A stretch of 64,000 bases of DNA from an uncultured Acidimicrobiales bacterium (GTDB taxonomy: Bacteria > Actinomycetota > Acidimicrobiia > Acidimicrobiales > CAVXTF01). The notes below the pieces were generated by a model. It saw only the letters and a program-made list of their open reading frames with translations. It was not told where the DNA came from and searched no databases. Numbering within the stretch: position 1 is the stretch's first letter; the number at the start of each line of letters is the position of its first letter. Below, one piece after another: positions 1-9,947 of the stretch. The translations under genes were made by a program, and so were the position numbers. Location of the stretch: assembly GCA_963764615.1 (NCBI GenBank), contig CAVXTF010000002.1, forward strand, positions 1,746,745 to 1,810,744, read 5' to 3'.

Positions 1-412
1 GTCGGTTGACGAACTGAGGGTCGTTGGTTTCCTCACCCGGGTTGAACCGGAGGTTCTCCTCGAGCTCGACCGTTGGCGCGAGGGTGGCGAGAATCCGGCG
101 CAACGGCTCGACCGAGAATGCGGGGTCGACCACACCCTTGGGCCTGCCCAGGTGCGTGCAGGCCGTCACGTGGGCTCCGCGCTCCAACAGCCACGAGATG
201 GTCGGCATGGCGGCTTTTATCCGGAAATCGTCCTCCACGGTCGCGAGCCCGTCGTCGTCGACCGGACCTAGGGGAACGTTGAAGTCCACACGCAGGAGCA
301 CCCTGGCGCCGTCGACGGGTGGCAGGTCCTCGAGCAGCGGCAGGCCCGCCAGCGGACCCCAGATTGCTCTTTTCGGATGGGGGTCTCCCCCCGACGAGGA
401 CCCCTCCGACAT
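1..412 (-). CDS. pgk: phosphoglycerate kinase, N-terminal ~137 codons (gene continues beyond window start)
   Basis: Not on the ORF track because there is no stop inside the window. Reading the minus strand from the ATG at 412 gives MSEGSSSGGDPHPKRAIWGPLAGLPLLEDLPPVDGARVLLRVDFNVPL...TACTHLGRPKG, the canonical PGK N-terminus. It lies 5 nt downstream of the gap stop, as in gap-pgk-tpiA operons. Confidence 0.85.
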   Translation of the reverse strand, partial: MSEGSSSGGDPHPKRAIWGPLAGLPLLEDLPPVDGARVLLRVDFNVPLGPVDDDGLATVEDDFRIKAAMPTISWLLERGAHVTACTHLGRPKGVVDPAFSVEPLRRILATLAPTVELEENLRFNPGEETNDPQFVNR

Positions 413-417
413 GATGC

Positions 418-1446
418 CTAATCCCGTCCTACGAGACAGACGAGATCTACGAGTCTGTTGGCGTAACCCCACTCGTTGTCGTACCACCCGGAAACCTTCA
501 CCATCGTGCCTGTCGCGGACGCCGGCACCGTCAACGTCAGTCCCGAGTCGAAAATGCATGACGCGGGATTGCCGACGATGTCGGACGAGACGAGCGGGTC
601 CTCGGTGTAGTCGAGATATGGAGCCAGCGGGCCGGACTCGGATGCGGCCCGGAATGCCGCATTGACGTCCTTCGGTTCGAGGGTGCCGCGCACAACCGCC
701 GTGAAGTCTGTTATGGATCCGTCTCCCACGGGAACCCTAAGAGCCGTCCCGTCGAGATGGCCCGCCATAGCAGGGAGGACGAGCCCCGTTGCCCGCGCGG
801 CTCCAGTGGAAGCAGGGACGATGTTGAGGGGCGCTGCCCTCGCCCGCCGGAGGTCGCGGTGCGCGAGGTCGAGAAGGTTCTGGTCGTTGGTCATCGCGTG
901 CACCGTCGTCATCAGGCCTGCCTCGACGCCGAAGGCGTCGTCGATCACCTTCACCATCGGCACGAAGCAGTTAGTCGTGCACGACGCGTTCGAGACGATG
1001 ACGTGGAAGGCCGGGTCGTACTCCCCGTCGTTCACGCCCATCACGAAGGTGGCGTCGACACCTTTCGCCGGCGCCGTGATGACGACGCGCTGAGCACCGC
1101 CTTCGAGATGACCCGCGGCACTCTTGCGGTCGGTGAACCTGCCCGTCGACTCGACGACGACGGTGACGCCGAGCTCCGCCCACGGCAGGTCCGCCGGCTG
1201 CTTCTCGGAGAGCACCCGGATCTTGCGACCGTCGACAAGGAGGTGGCCGTCTTCGGCCTGGACATCGCCGGGATAGCGCCCGTGAGTCGAGTCGAAGCGG
1301 AGCAGCACGGCGTTCGTCTCGGCGTCCGTCAGGTCGTTCACTGCGACTACCTCGACGTCGGCGTCGCGGGCCCTGACGGCCCGAAGAAAGTGGCGGCCGA
1401 TCCGGCCGAACCCGTTGACTCCCACCCGAACCGTCATGTCCCCCAC
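418..1446 (-). CDS. gap: type I glyceraldehyde-3-phosphate dehydrogenase
   Basis: 342-aa ORF with the VGVNGFGRIGR NAD-binding N-terminus, the SNASCTTN active-site motif and a WYDNEWGY C-terminal motif. Confidence 0.95.
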   Translation of the reverse strand: MGDMTVRVGVNGFGRIGRHFLRAVRARDADVEVVAVNDLTDAETNAVLLRFDSTHGRYPGDVQAEDGHLLVDGRKIRVLSEKQPADLPWAELGVTVVVESTGRFTDRKSAAGHLEGGAQRVVITAPAKGVDATFVMGVNDGEYDPAFHVIVSNASCTTNCFVPMVKVIDDAFGVEAGLMTTVHAMTNDQNLLDLAHRDLRRARAAPLNIVPASTGAARATGLVLPAMAGHLDGTALRVPVGDGSITDFTAVVRGTLEPKDVNAAFRAASESGPLAPYLDYTEDPLVSSDIVGNPASCIFDSGLTLTVPASATGTMVKVSGWYDNEWGYANRLVDLVCLVGRD

Positions 1447-1585
1447 CCCGTCATGTCCGGTACCTGATCATCCCCCACGCCGAGGGCAAACCGCCATCCC
1501 ATGTACGGTCGGTTTCGGCCGCTTGCATGCCCACCATGCCCACCAATACCCAATGTCGTGTCCCCAGATCGGTTCTGACCGCCGT

Positions 1586-2467
1586 CTATCGGACCAGATC
1601 GGCCAGTACGTCCGCCAGTCTGCCAGGATCGTGCGCCAAGCCGTTTGCTTTCGAGAGCTGGGCCGTGACCACCTGGACTCCGAGGCTGCGTAGTGGTCCG
1701 AGTCCCATGGCAGAGGTATCGGCAACGACGACGTCGATCTCCACTCCGTGATCTTGTAAGGCAGCCAAATGGGCGGCGACGTCATATCCGGCCGTCTCCG
1801 AGCGTTGCGGTCTCAGGTTCGCCACGTAGACCCGCTGGGCCGAGCTGTGCCCAAGGCTCTTTGTCAGCTCGGGGACGGCGAGCGCAGCGAGAACGCTCGT
1901 ATAGAGAGATCCCGGGCCGACGATGACCTGGTCGGCACGGGCGATGGCAGCCAGGGCCTCGGGGGGAGCAGCGACGTCATGGGGATCGAGAGAGACCCGC
2001 CGGATGCCCTCCGTCCGCTGTACGGCCGTCTGACCTCGGATCTCGCCGCCGTCGGATTCCGCCACCAGCACGACTGGCTCGGTGGCTGCGGGAATCACCC
2101 GGCCGACCGAGCCCAGGAGGGCTCCTGCGTCGTCGAGAGCCTTGAGCAGATCGCCCGTCGTGGCCGCGAGAGCGGCAATCACCAGGTTCCCGAGAGCGTG
2201 CCCGGAGGGATCGTCGGGGTCGAACCTGCACTCGAAGGCGGTCGCAAGCGTCCGGCTACGTTCAGACGTCTCGTCCGCCAGAGCCACTAGACACTTGCGC
2301 AGGTCGCCGGGAGGAACGATGCCGAGCTCGCTGCGCAACCTGCCGGACGACCCGCCGTCGTCGGCCACCGAGACGATGCCCGTCAGTGTCCCCGCGTAGC
2401 TCCTGGCTGCACGCAGCGTCATGGCGAGACCGTGACCGCCCCCGATCGCCACGACCTCCGGTCTCAC
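1586..2467 (-). CDS. yvcK: YvcK/CofD-like gluconeogenesis factor family protein
   Basis: Track ORF 1586..2572 carries the VVAIGGGHGL and SVADDGGSSGRLR motifs of the YvcK family. The longest-ORF start overlaps rapZ by 83 nt. The GTG at 2467 (VRPEVVAIGGGHG) is the more plausible start. Confidence 0.8.
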   Translation of the reverse strand: MRPEVVAIGGGHGLAMTLRAARSYAGTLTGIVSVADDGGSSGRLRSELGIVPPGDLRKCLVALADETSERSRTLATAFECRFDPDDPSGHALGNLVIAALAATTGDLLKALDDAGALLGSVGRVIPAATEPVVLVAESDGGEIRGQTAVQRTEGIRRVSLDPHDVAAPPEALAAIARADQVIVGPGSLYTSVLAALAVPELTKSLGHSSAQRVYVANLRPQRSETAGYDVAAHLAALQDHGVEIDVVVADTSAMGLGPLRSLGVQVVTAQLSKANGLAHDPGRLADVLADLVR

Positions 2468-2489
2468 CGGTCCACGTCCATCTGGACCG

Positions 2490-3341
2490 TCATCGGTCCA
2501 CGTCCCTATGAAACACAGTCGGTTCCGTGCCCTTGGCCGCGAGCCGACGCGCGACCTCCTCTGCGACGACAACCGACCGGTGCCGGCCCCCGGTGCATCC
2601 GAACGCGATCGTCAGGTACGACTTTCCTTCCGCTTCATAGCCAGGGAGCACGAGCTCCCACAACGAGTCGAGCCGATCGAGCAGAGCCGCCGTGGCGGGT
2701 TGGGCGAGCACGTAATCGCGCACCGGGGCGTCGAGGCCCGACAGCGGGCGCAGCTTGTCCTGCCAGTGAGGGTTCGGTAGGAAACGGCAGTCGAAGACGA
2801 CGTCGGCGTCCAAGGGAACTCCGTGCTTGTACCCGAAAGAGACCACCGAGGTCTGCATCCTGTGCTCGCTGCTTTCCCCGAACAGGGCGGTCACCCGGGC
2901 CCGAAGCTGATTGACGTTCAGCTCGCCCGTGTCGAGCACCATGTCGGCACGGTCCCGGAGCACCCGGAGCCGCTCGCGCTCGTCGGAGATCGCCTCCTCC
3001 ACGTTGCTCCCACCGAACGGGTGACGCCGCCTGGTGCCTTCGAACCTGCGCACGAGCACATGGTCGGGGGCGTCGAGGTAGATGATCCGGACCTTGTGCC
3101 CCGAGGCGCGCAGATGGTCGACCGCAGGCAGCGCCTGCTCGACCTGGGTGCCGCCGCTCCTCCCGATCACCAGCGCGACCCGGTCCTGGCCGGATCCCGG
3201 TGCTCCGACCGCGTCGACGACCTCGGTGAGCAGCGATGGCGGCATGTTGTCGATCACGTACCACCCTGAGTCCTCCAACGCGTCCACGGTGGTAGAACGT
3301 CCGGCCCCTGACATCCCGGTTATGAGGAGGTAGTCGCTCAC
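2490..3341 (-). CDS. rapZ: RNase adapter / nucleotide-binding protein RapZ (YvcJ)
   Basis: 283 aa with the ITGMSGAGRST P-loop and the C-terminal FGCTGGRHRSV motif typical of RapZ. Its GTG start overlaps the uvrC TGA stop (GTGA). Confidence 0.9.
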   Translation of the reverse strand: MSDYLLITGMSGAGRSTTVDALEDSGWYVIDNMPPSLLTEVVDAVGAPGSGQDRVALVIGRSGGTQVEQALPAVDHLRASGHKVRIIYLDAPDHVLVRRFEGTRRRHPFGGSNVEEAISDERERLRVLRDRADMVLDTGELNVNQLRARVTALFGESSEHRMQTSVVSFGYKHGVPLDADVVFDCRFLPNPHWQDKLRPLSGLDAPVRDYVLAQPATAALLDRLDSLWELVLPGYEAEGKSYLTIAFGCTGGRHRSVVVAEEVARRLAAKGTEPTVFHRDVDR

Positions 3342-5482
3342 CTCGCAGCCTCCCTGTCGGCTGTCTCCACTGGATCGGGTCCATCCGCGCGATCTTCCGA
3401 GGCGACACGCCGCCTCGCAGCCGGGAGAGGTAGCGGCGTCCGGCCGGGTCGCGGCGGGAAGGGGTCGTGCAGCTGGCGGTACAGCGCGCGTGCCGTCGCG
3501 TCAGGGAGCCAGCCGAGAGCGAGCAGATCCTCAACGGACGCACGGCGTACCGCAGAGACGCTGCCGAGCTCGCGAAGCAGGCGCGTTCTGCGCGCCGGGC
3601 CCAGCCCAGGGACACCGTCTAGCGCGCTTCGAGTCATGCGCCGGCCGCGCAGTTTCCGGTGGTAACCGATGGCGAATCGGTGCGCCTCGTCACGCACGCG
3701 TTGAAGGAGGAACAAGGCGTCCGATCCCCTGGGAATCCTCACCGGATCAGGACTGCCTGGGACGAACACCTCCTCGAAGCTCTTCGCTAGTGCGGCAACA
3801 GGGATCTCGTCGGAGAGCCCGAGGCTTTCGAGCACCCGTACTCCCACACCGAGCTGGCCCTTGCCGCCGTCGAGAAGCAGAAGCTGCGGCGGATACGCGA
3901 ACTTCCGCGGGACCTTGGAGTCCTCCGGGTTCTCGGCCGCCCGTTCCCTCGCCTGGAGAAGCGCGGCGAACCTCCGCGTCAGAACCTCGTGCATCGCCGC
4001 GTAGTCGTCGTTGCCGGCGACATCGCGAACCTTGAAGCGCCTGTACTCCGACGGCCTCGGCAGTCCGTCTTCGAGCACGACCATGGAGCCTACGTAGTCG
4101 GTCCCCTGCAGATGGCTCATGTCGAAGCATTCGATGCGCAAAGGGGCGAGCTCGAGGTCGAGGGCCTGCTGGAGCGCCTCTAGGGCCCGGGCTCTCGAGT
4201 TGTGATCCTGAGCGCGCCGCAGGCGGTGCCTGGTGAGCTCTTCGGAGGCGTTTCGCGAAACCGTCTCGAGCAGGGCTCTGCGCCCACCTCGCATAGGAAC
4301 CGCCAGCGCGACCGGCCCGCCCCTGAGGGTGGCGAGGAAGGCCTCGTAAAGCGGCGGATCCTCCGGGAGCTGGGGGACGAGCACCCGTCGTGGCACGCCA
4401 GGCTCCTGTGCCCCCTCGAGCCCCCATTTCCCCGGATCGCTCGCCCCCGATGCCCAGCCCTCGTGGTCCGACCGGTTGTTGCGGCGGGGCCTACGGACCG
4501 GTGCCTGCGGTCTGCCAGGGGGCGGCTCCTCCGCCGGCAGCGAGTCCCCGTAGACCTGCTCGAGAACGCGCCCGATCAGCCGCGGACCTGACAGGTCCTC
4601 CACCTTGTCGACGATGAAGGCACGCCGCCCGACGACCCGGCCTCTGCGGACGTGAAAGACGCAGACCGCCGCCTCGAGCTCGTCATCGGCGAGCCCGATC
4701 ACGTCGAGGTTCTCCGGAGTCATGGACACGACCTGCTGCCGCTCGATCGCGAGTCGGACTGCACTCAGGCGATCACGCAGGCGTGCGGCCCGTTCGAAGT
4801 CGAGCTCGGTGGCGGCCTGGCGCATCTCTGTCTCGATGCGGCGAACGACAGGATCGGTGTCCCCGGAAAGGAACGCCATCAGATCGGCGAGCATCCCGCT
4901 GTAAGTGGCGTGGTCGACTGCTCCGATGCACGGGCCGCTGCACTTCTCGATGTGGTACAGCAGGCACGGGCGACCCAGCTTGACGTGACGTTGGAGCTTC
5001 GTGTCAGAGCAGGTCCTCACACCGAAGGACCTCAACAGAAGGTCGAGGGTCCCGCGGATCGCCCCTGCATGGGCATAGGGGCCGAAGTAGCGGTTGCCGG
5101 GCCTGCGTTTCCCGCGCACGACAGCGGCGCGGGGCCACTCGTCTCCAAGGGTTATTGCGAGCCACGGGTAGCTCTTGTCGTCGACGAGCCTGATGTTGAA
5201 CCGGGGACGGTGCCTCTTTATCAACGAGTACTCGAGCATCACCGCCTCCACGTCGTTGGCCACCTGTATCCACTCGACGTGATCGGATGCAGCGACCATC
5301 TGGGCGGTGCGCGGGGGGAGGGTCGCGGGGTCGGCGAAGTAGTTCGACAGGCGGGCCCGCAGGCTCTTGGCCTTGCCCACGTAGAGCACCCTGCCGCCCG
5401 CGTCCACAAACTGGTATGAGCCAGGGGCGTCGGGGATCGAGCTCGCAGGCGGGCGGGTGATCACAGCTCCACTGTGCCGCAT
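3338..5482 (-). CDS. uvrC: excinuclease ABC subunit C
   Basis: GIY-YIG N-terminus (GSYQFVDAGGRVLYVGKAKSLRARLSNYF), a central UVR-like region and C-terminal HhH motifs (LDGVPGLGPARRTRLLRELGS). The ATG at 5482 gives the usual spacing before GIY-YIG; the longest ORF starts at 5533. Confidence 0.9.
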   Translation of the reverse strand: MRHSGAVITRPPASSIPDAPGSYQFVDAGGRVLYVGKAKSLRARLSNYFADPATLPPRTAQMVAASDHVEWIQVANDVEAVMLEYSLIKRHRPRFNIRLVDDKSYPWLAITLGDEWPRAAVVRGKRRPGNRYFGPYAHAGAIRGTLDLLLRSFGVRTCSDTKLQRHVKLGRPCLLYHIEKCSGPCIGAVDHATYSGMLADLMAFLSGDTDPVVRRIETEMRQAATELDFERAARLRDRLSAVRLAIERQQVVSMTPENLDVIGLADDELEAAVCVFHVRRGRVVGRRAFIVDKVEDLSGPRLIGRVLEQVYGDSLPAEEPPPGRPQAPVRRPRRNNRSDHEGWASGASDPGKWGLEGAQEPGVPRRVLVPQLPEDPPLYEAFLATLRGGPVALAVPMRGGRRALLETVSRNASEELTRHRLRRAQDHNSRARALEALQQALDLELAPLRIECFDMSHLQGTDYVGSMVVLEDGLPRPSEYRRFKVRDVAGNDDYAAMHEVLTRRFAALLQARERAAENPEDSKVPRKFAYPPQLLLLDGGKGQLGVGVRVLESLGLSDEIPVAALAKSFEEVFVPGSPDPVRIPRGSDALFLLQRVRDEAHRFAIGYHRKLRGRRMTRSALDGVPGLGPARRTRLLRELGSVSAVRRASVEDLLALGWLPDATARALYRQLHDPFPPRPGRTPLPLPAARRRVASEDRADGPDPVETADREAAR

Positions 5483-5700
5483 CGTGGCCGGCCGCCGTGC
5501 ACCCCTTCCTGACCGTCGTTTCGCGGGCGCCACGTGGCCCGAGGCGCCGCCCGGCGCATTCCGCGCCGTAGGATGGGAGACAGCGCCGGCCTGGTATCCC
5601 GGCGTGCATACCGTTCCGAGGCCGACAACCCCGCGGATGGGCGACCAGGCTGTCCCCGCCGGCCACGATCGGAGCGCTCCCCGAAGGGGGTCAGATCAAC

Positions 5701-6822
5701 ATGCTTCGCCTGCAGAAGGCGCTCCCCGAGCGCTACGGGTCGGCAACGCCCGAGGAACTTGCCGACAGGATCAGGTTTGCCAAGGAAGCGCTCGGGCCGC
5801 GCCTTGTCATCCTCGGCCACCATTACCAACGCGACGAGGTCATGAGGTGGGCAGACGCCAGAGGGGACTCGTTCGGGCTGTCGCGCATCGCAGCGGAAAG
5901 GCGCGACGCGGACTTCGTCGTGTTCTGTGGCGTCCACTTCATGGCCGAGTCCGCTGACGTGCTCACCTCCGAGCACCAGCAGGTCCTGCTCCCCGACCTG
6001 AACGCCGGGTGCTCGATGGCCGACATGGCCGACCTCGACTCGGTCGAAGAGGCATGGGAGTCCCTCGCCGGGGTGACCGACATCGACCGGGTGCTGCCGG
6101 TCACCTACATGAACTCTTCGGCGGCACTGAAGGCGTTCGTCGGCATGCACGGGGGAGCCGTGTGCACATCTTCGAACTGCCGCGCCGTGCTCAGGTGGGC
6201 GCTCGATCCCGAGGGCACCTCGGACGGGGGTCCGCGCGCCGACAAGGTCCTTTTCTTCCCCGACCAGCACCTCGGACGCAACACCGGGTACGAGCTTGGT
6301 TGGACGGAGTCGGACATGGTCACCTGGGACCCGCGCCTCGAGCTCGGGGGGAACGACGAGCGCAGCATCAAGGAATCGACGCTGATTCTCTGGAAAGGAC
6401 ACTGCTCGGTCCATCAACGTTTCCGGCCGGAGCACGTCGCGGCCTTCCGGGCCCAGCACTCCGACGGCATCGTGCTCGTGCATCCCGAGTGCGCCCACGA
6501 GGTGGTGGAGCTGGGCGACATGGTCGGATCGACAGATGCGATCATCCGGGCGGTGGACGCAGCGGCTCCTGGCACCTTCATAGGGGTCGCGACCGAGATC
6601 CATCTGGTCAACCGGCTGGCCGCCGAGCATCCTGATCTCGTCGTCGAGTCGCTCGACCCGATCGTGTGCCCTTGCTCGACGATGTCGCGTATCGACCCCG
6701 CCCATCTGTGTTGGGTGCTCGAGGGGCTCGTCGAAGGCGAGGTTCGCAACCGGATCACGGTCGACCCCGAGACCGCGGCGTGGGCGCGGGTCGCGCTCGA
6801 GCGGATGCTCGAGATCACCTGA
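5701..6822 (+). CDS. nadA: quinolinate synthase NadA
   Basis: 373 aa with the motifs GVHFMAESADVL, NAGCSMADMA, VHPECAHEV and VCPCSTMSRI, which match the NadA Fe-S ligand regions. Confidence 0.85.
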   Translation: MLRLQKALPERYGSATPEELADRIRFAKEALGPRLVILGHHYQRDEVMRWADARGDSFGLSRIAAERRDADFVVFCGVHFMAESADVLTSEHQQVLLPDLNAGCSMADMADLDSVEEAWESLAGVTDIDRVLPVTYMNSSAALKAFVGMHGGAVCTSSNCRAVLRWALDPEGTSDGGPRADKVLFFPDQHLGRNTGYELGWTESDMVTWDPRLELGGNDERSIKESTLILWKGHCSVHQRFRPEHVAAFRAQHSDGIVLVHPECAHEVVELGDMVGSTDAIIRAVDAAAPGTFIGVATEIHLVNRLAAEHPDLVVESLDPIVCPCSTMSRIDPAHLCWVLEGLVEGEVRNRITVDPETAAWARVALERMLEIT

Positions 6823-6837
6823 CTCGAAGAACTCGTC

Positions 6838-9800
6838 TCAGCCACCAACCGCAGCGCGACCGCGAACTGTCTTGCGGCTCGCGGCCTTCTTCGTGCTCGC
6901 GGCGCTCTTGCGAGCCCCGGCCTTAGCAGCCGCGGGAGCGCCGTTAGAGCTGCGGGTTGTGCCCTTCGGGCTTCGCGTGCTCGGAGCCGCTCGTCTGCTC
7001 GTCGGCCGTCTCGCGGCGTTGCGAACCCCTGCTCTGGCGAGAACCCTCGCAAGCTCCGCGCCCGTGGCGCTCTGGTCCGGCACCCCCGCGAGATCCTCCG
7101 GGGAGCCTTCTGCGATCACGGCGCCCCCCCGTTCCCCGCCTTCGGGCCCGAGGTCGATGAGCCAGTCGGCCGTCTTGATGACGTCGAGGTTGTGCTCGAT
7201 CACGATCACGGTGTTTCCCTGATCAACGAGTCGGCTGAGGACGTCGAGGAGCTTGCGCGTGTCTTCGAAATGTAGGCCCGTTGTGGGCTCGTCGAGGACG
7301 TAGAGAGTATGGCCGGTCGAGCGTCGCGAGAGCTCCGACGAAAGCTTCACGCGTTGTGCCTCCCCCCCGGACAAAGTCGGGGCCGGCTGACCGAGGCGAA
7401 TGTAACCGAGTCCCACGTCGACCAGAGTCTGCAGATGGCGCGCGATCGTCGGCTGGTTGGCGAAGAACGCGAGCCCCTCCTCGCAAGACATGTCGAGGAC
7501 GTCGGAGATCGTCTTGCCCTTGAACGTCACCTCGAGAGTCTCGCGGTTGTAACGCGCTCCGCCGCAGACTTCGCACGGCACGTAGACGTCGGGGAGGAAG
7601 TGCATCTCGATCTTGATCGTGCCGTCGCCGGCACACGCCTCGCACCTGCCGCCCTTCACGTTGAACGAGAAGCGACCGGGCAGGTAACCGCGGACCTTCG
7701 CCTCAGGTGCCTGGCTGAAGAGCCTGCGCACATGGTCGAACAATCCGGTATAGGTCGCGGCGTTCGAGCGCGGGGTGCGGCCGATCGGGGACTGGTCGAT
7801 CGCCACCACCTTGTCGATGCTCTTCGTGCCTTCGATTCGCCTGTGCAGGCCCGGGCTCGTCTTCGCGCGGTGCACCGTGGCGAGCAGCGAACGGAGCAGG
7901 ATGTCGTTCACGAGCGTGGACTTGCCGGAGCCCGAAACTCCGGTCACACCGACCAGGCACCCGAGCGGAAAGGCCACGTCTATGTCACGCAAATTGTGCT
8001 CGCGCGCTCCCCGGACTACTAAGTATTCCCCCGATCCGGGCCTCCGCTTGTCGGGCACAGGGATGGATCGCTGACCTGTCAGGTATTGACCGGTCAGCGA
8101 TTCTTTCGAGGCGAGCAGGCCCGGCACCTCGCCCGAATAGACAACGGCTCCGCCGTGCTCTCCGGCGCCGGGGCCGATGTCGACGACATGGTCCGCTTCG
8201 CGGATCGTCTCTTCGTCGTGCTCTACCACGATGACCGTGTTCCCGAGGTCCCTCAACCTTATGAGGGTGTCCAACAGTCTGCGGTTGTCGCGTTGGTGCA
8301 GGCCGATCGATGGCTCGTCCAGGACATAGAGCACACCGACCAGTCCCGATCCGATCTGGCTCGCGAGCCTGATCCGTTGAGCCTCTCCCCCCGAAAGCGT
8401 CGCAGTACCGCGAGCTAACGACAGGTAGTCGAGGCCCACGTCGAGGAGGAACTGCATCCGCGCCTTCACCTCGCGAAGGACGCGGTCGGCGATCAGGTGC
8501 TCGCGCTCTGTCAGCTCGATCTCGTCGACCGCCACCGAAGCGCGGGCGATGGAGAGGCTGCACAGCTCGTAGATGTTGCGTGAGCCGACGGTTACGGCGA
8601 GCGACTCCGGCTTCAGCCTCGCCCCTCCACACGCGGGGCACGGCACCTCGCGCATGTACGCCTCGATCGACTCCCTGAACGAGTCCGACTCGGCCTCGGA
8701 GTGGCGGCGCTGTAACCAGGGAACGACTCCTTCGTATCTACTCTGGAAGGACCGCTGCCGCCCGTACCTGTTCTTGTAACGGAGCTGCACCTGTCGGCCA
8801 CCCGCTCCGTAGAGCAGGACCTTCTTGTCCTTTTGGCGGAGCTTTTCCCAGGGTGTCCTGACGTCGAACCCGAAAGTCTCGGCCACCGCTTCGAGCAGGC
8901 GGTTGAAGTACATGCCGCGCGGTCCCGACCACGCCACGATGGCCCCATCGGCGATGCTGCGTGACCCGTCCGGTACGACGAGCTCGGGGTCCACCTCGTA
9001 ACGGGTACCGAGGCCGTCGCATACAGGACATGCTCCGTAGGGCGAGTTGAACGAGAAGTTTCTGGGCGCAGGCTCCTCGAACGACAGCCCGCAGTGCGTG
9101 CAGGCGAGATGCTCGGAGAAGGTGACCGGCTCCTCCTCGCCGTCGGCTCCCATGATGCCGATCTCCGCTATCCCGTCGGCCAGGCGCAGAGCCGTCTCCA
9201 TCGACTCTGTCAGCCGCTGGCGGATGCCGTCACGCCGTATGAGACGGTCGACTACCACTTCGATCGTGTGTTGCTCGTAACGGCCGAGATCGAGAGCCGA
9301 CCGCTCGGCGAGCTCGATGGCGTCGCCATCGACTCTCACCCGGGCGAAACCCTGCTTGGCCAGATCCTCGAGCAGCCCTTCGTACTGACCCTTTCGTCCC
9401 CTGACTACGGGGGCAAGAACGCTGAAACGCGTGCCCTCCGGCAGGTCGAGAACCCGGTCGACGATCTGCTGAGGGGTCTGCCGCTCGACCGGGCGACCGC
9501 AATTGGGGCAGTGGGGACGACCGATGCGGGCATACAGGAGTCTCAGGTAGTCGTAGATCTCGGTGACGGTGCCGACCGTGGAGCGAGGGTTGCGACTCGC
9601 AGACTTCTGGTCGATGGAGATGGCAGGCGAAAGACCTTCTATGAAGTCGACGTCGGGTTTGTCCATCTGCCCTAGGAACTGCCGGGCGTACGACGACAGG
9701 GACTCGACGTAACGGCGCTGGCCCTCTGCGTAGATCGTGTCGAACGCGAGCGAGGACTTACCCGAGCCCGAAAGGCCCGTGAACACGATCAGCCGGTCGC

Positions 9801-9870
9801 GAGGCAGCTCCAGCGAGATATCGCGCAGGTTGTGCTCGCGCGCACCGCGTATGACAAGGCGATCGGCCAT
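6838..9870 (-). CDS. uvrA: excinuclease ABC subunit A with basic C-terminal tail
   Basis: 1010 aa with two ABC modules (GLSGSGKSS and [17 protein letters not shown] twice) and CxxC zinc modules. The last ~65 aa are rich in Ala/Lys/Arg/Ser. Confidence 0.95.
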   Translation of the reverse strand: MADRLVIRGAREHNLRDISLELPRDRLIVFTGLSGSGKSSLAFDTIYAEGQRRYVESLSSYARQFLGQMDKPDVDFIEGLSPAISIDQKSASRNPRSTVGTVTEIYDYLRLLYARIGRPHCPNCGRPVERQTPQQIVDRVLDLPEGTRFSVLAPVVRGRKGQYEGLLEDLAKQGFARVRVDGDAIELAERSALDLGRYEQHTIEVVVDRLIRRDGIRQRLTESMETALRLADGIAEIGIMGADGEEEPVTFSEHLACTHCGLSFEEPAPRNFSFNSPYGACPVCDGLGTRYEVDPELVVPDGSRSIADGAIVAWSGPRGMYFNRLLEAVAETFGFDVRTPWEKLRQKDKKVLLYGAGGRQVQLRYKNRYGRQRSFQSRYEGVVPWLQRRHSEAESDSFRESIEAYMREVPCPACGGARLKPESLAVTVGSRNIYELCSLSIARASVAVDEIELTEREHLIADRVLREVKARMQFLLDVGLDYLSLARGTATLSGGEAQRIRLASQIGSGLVGVLYVLDEPSIGLHQRDNRRLLDTLIRLRDLGNTVIVVEHDEETIREADHVVDIGPGAGEHGGAVVYSGEVPGLLASKESLTGQYLTGQRSIPVPDKRRPGSGEYLVVRGAREHNLRDIDVAFPLGCLVGVTGVSGSGKSTLVNDILLRSLLATVHRAKTSPGLHRRIEGTKSIDKVVAIDQSPIGRTPRSNAATYTGLFDHVRRLFSQAPEAKVRGYLPGRFSFNVKGGRCEACAGDGTIKIEMHFLPDVYVPCEVCGGARYNRETLEVTFKGKTISDVLDMSCEEGLAFFANQPTIARHLQTLVDVGLGYIRLGQPAPTLSGGEAQRVKLSSELSRRSTGHTLYVLDEPTTGLHFEDTRKLLDVLSRLVDQGNTVIVIEHNLDVIKTADWLIDLGPEGGERGGAVIAEGSPEDLAGVPDQSATGAELARVLARAGVRNAARRPTSRRAAPSTRSPKGTTRSSNGAPAAAKAGARKSAASTKKAASRKTVRGRAAVGG

Positions 9871-9947
9871 CGTGGCGAGGATACCGGGGGCCAGGGTGGG
9901 GATCTTCGGGGATCGAGGAGCCGCCAGTGAGGGGGTCGCGGGCGGAC

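Noticed and set aside
24-665. A 213-aa plus-strand ORF at the window start.
   Set aside because: It overlaps the hand-read pgk N-terminus and the gap 3' end on the other strand, and its composition is Ser/Arg/Pro-rich junk.
5603-5630. A possible PafBC-type promoter upstream of uvrC (minus strand TTGTCGGCC-N9-TATGCA).
   Set aside because: The spacer is 9 nt rather than 8, and the -10 lacks the conserved final T. It is weaker than the uvrB candidate, so it is not called.
5461-6705. Long antisense ORFs on the track. Examples: 5461..6705 opposite nadA, 10698..11894 opposite uvrB, 24163..26247 opposite the 24001 membrane protein, 31708..33018, 38806..39798, 40861..41802, 49777..50685, 52682..53491 and 62638..63426.
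   Set aside because: They are Arg/Pro/Gly-rich with no motifs, and each lies fully opposite a gene with clear family signatures. These are typical shadow ORFs of high-GC DNA.
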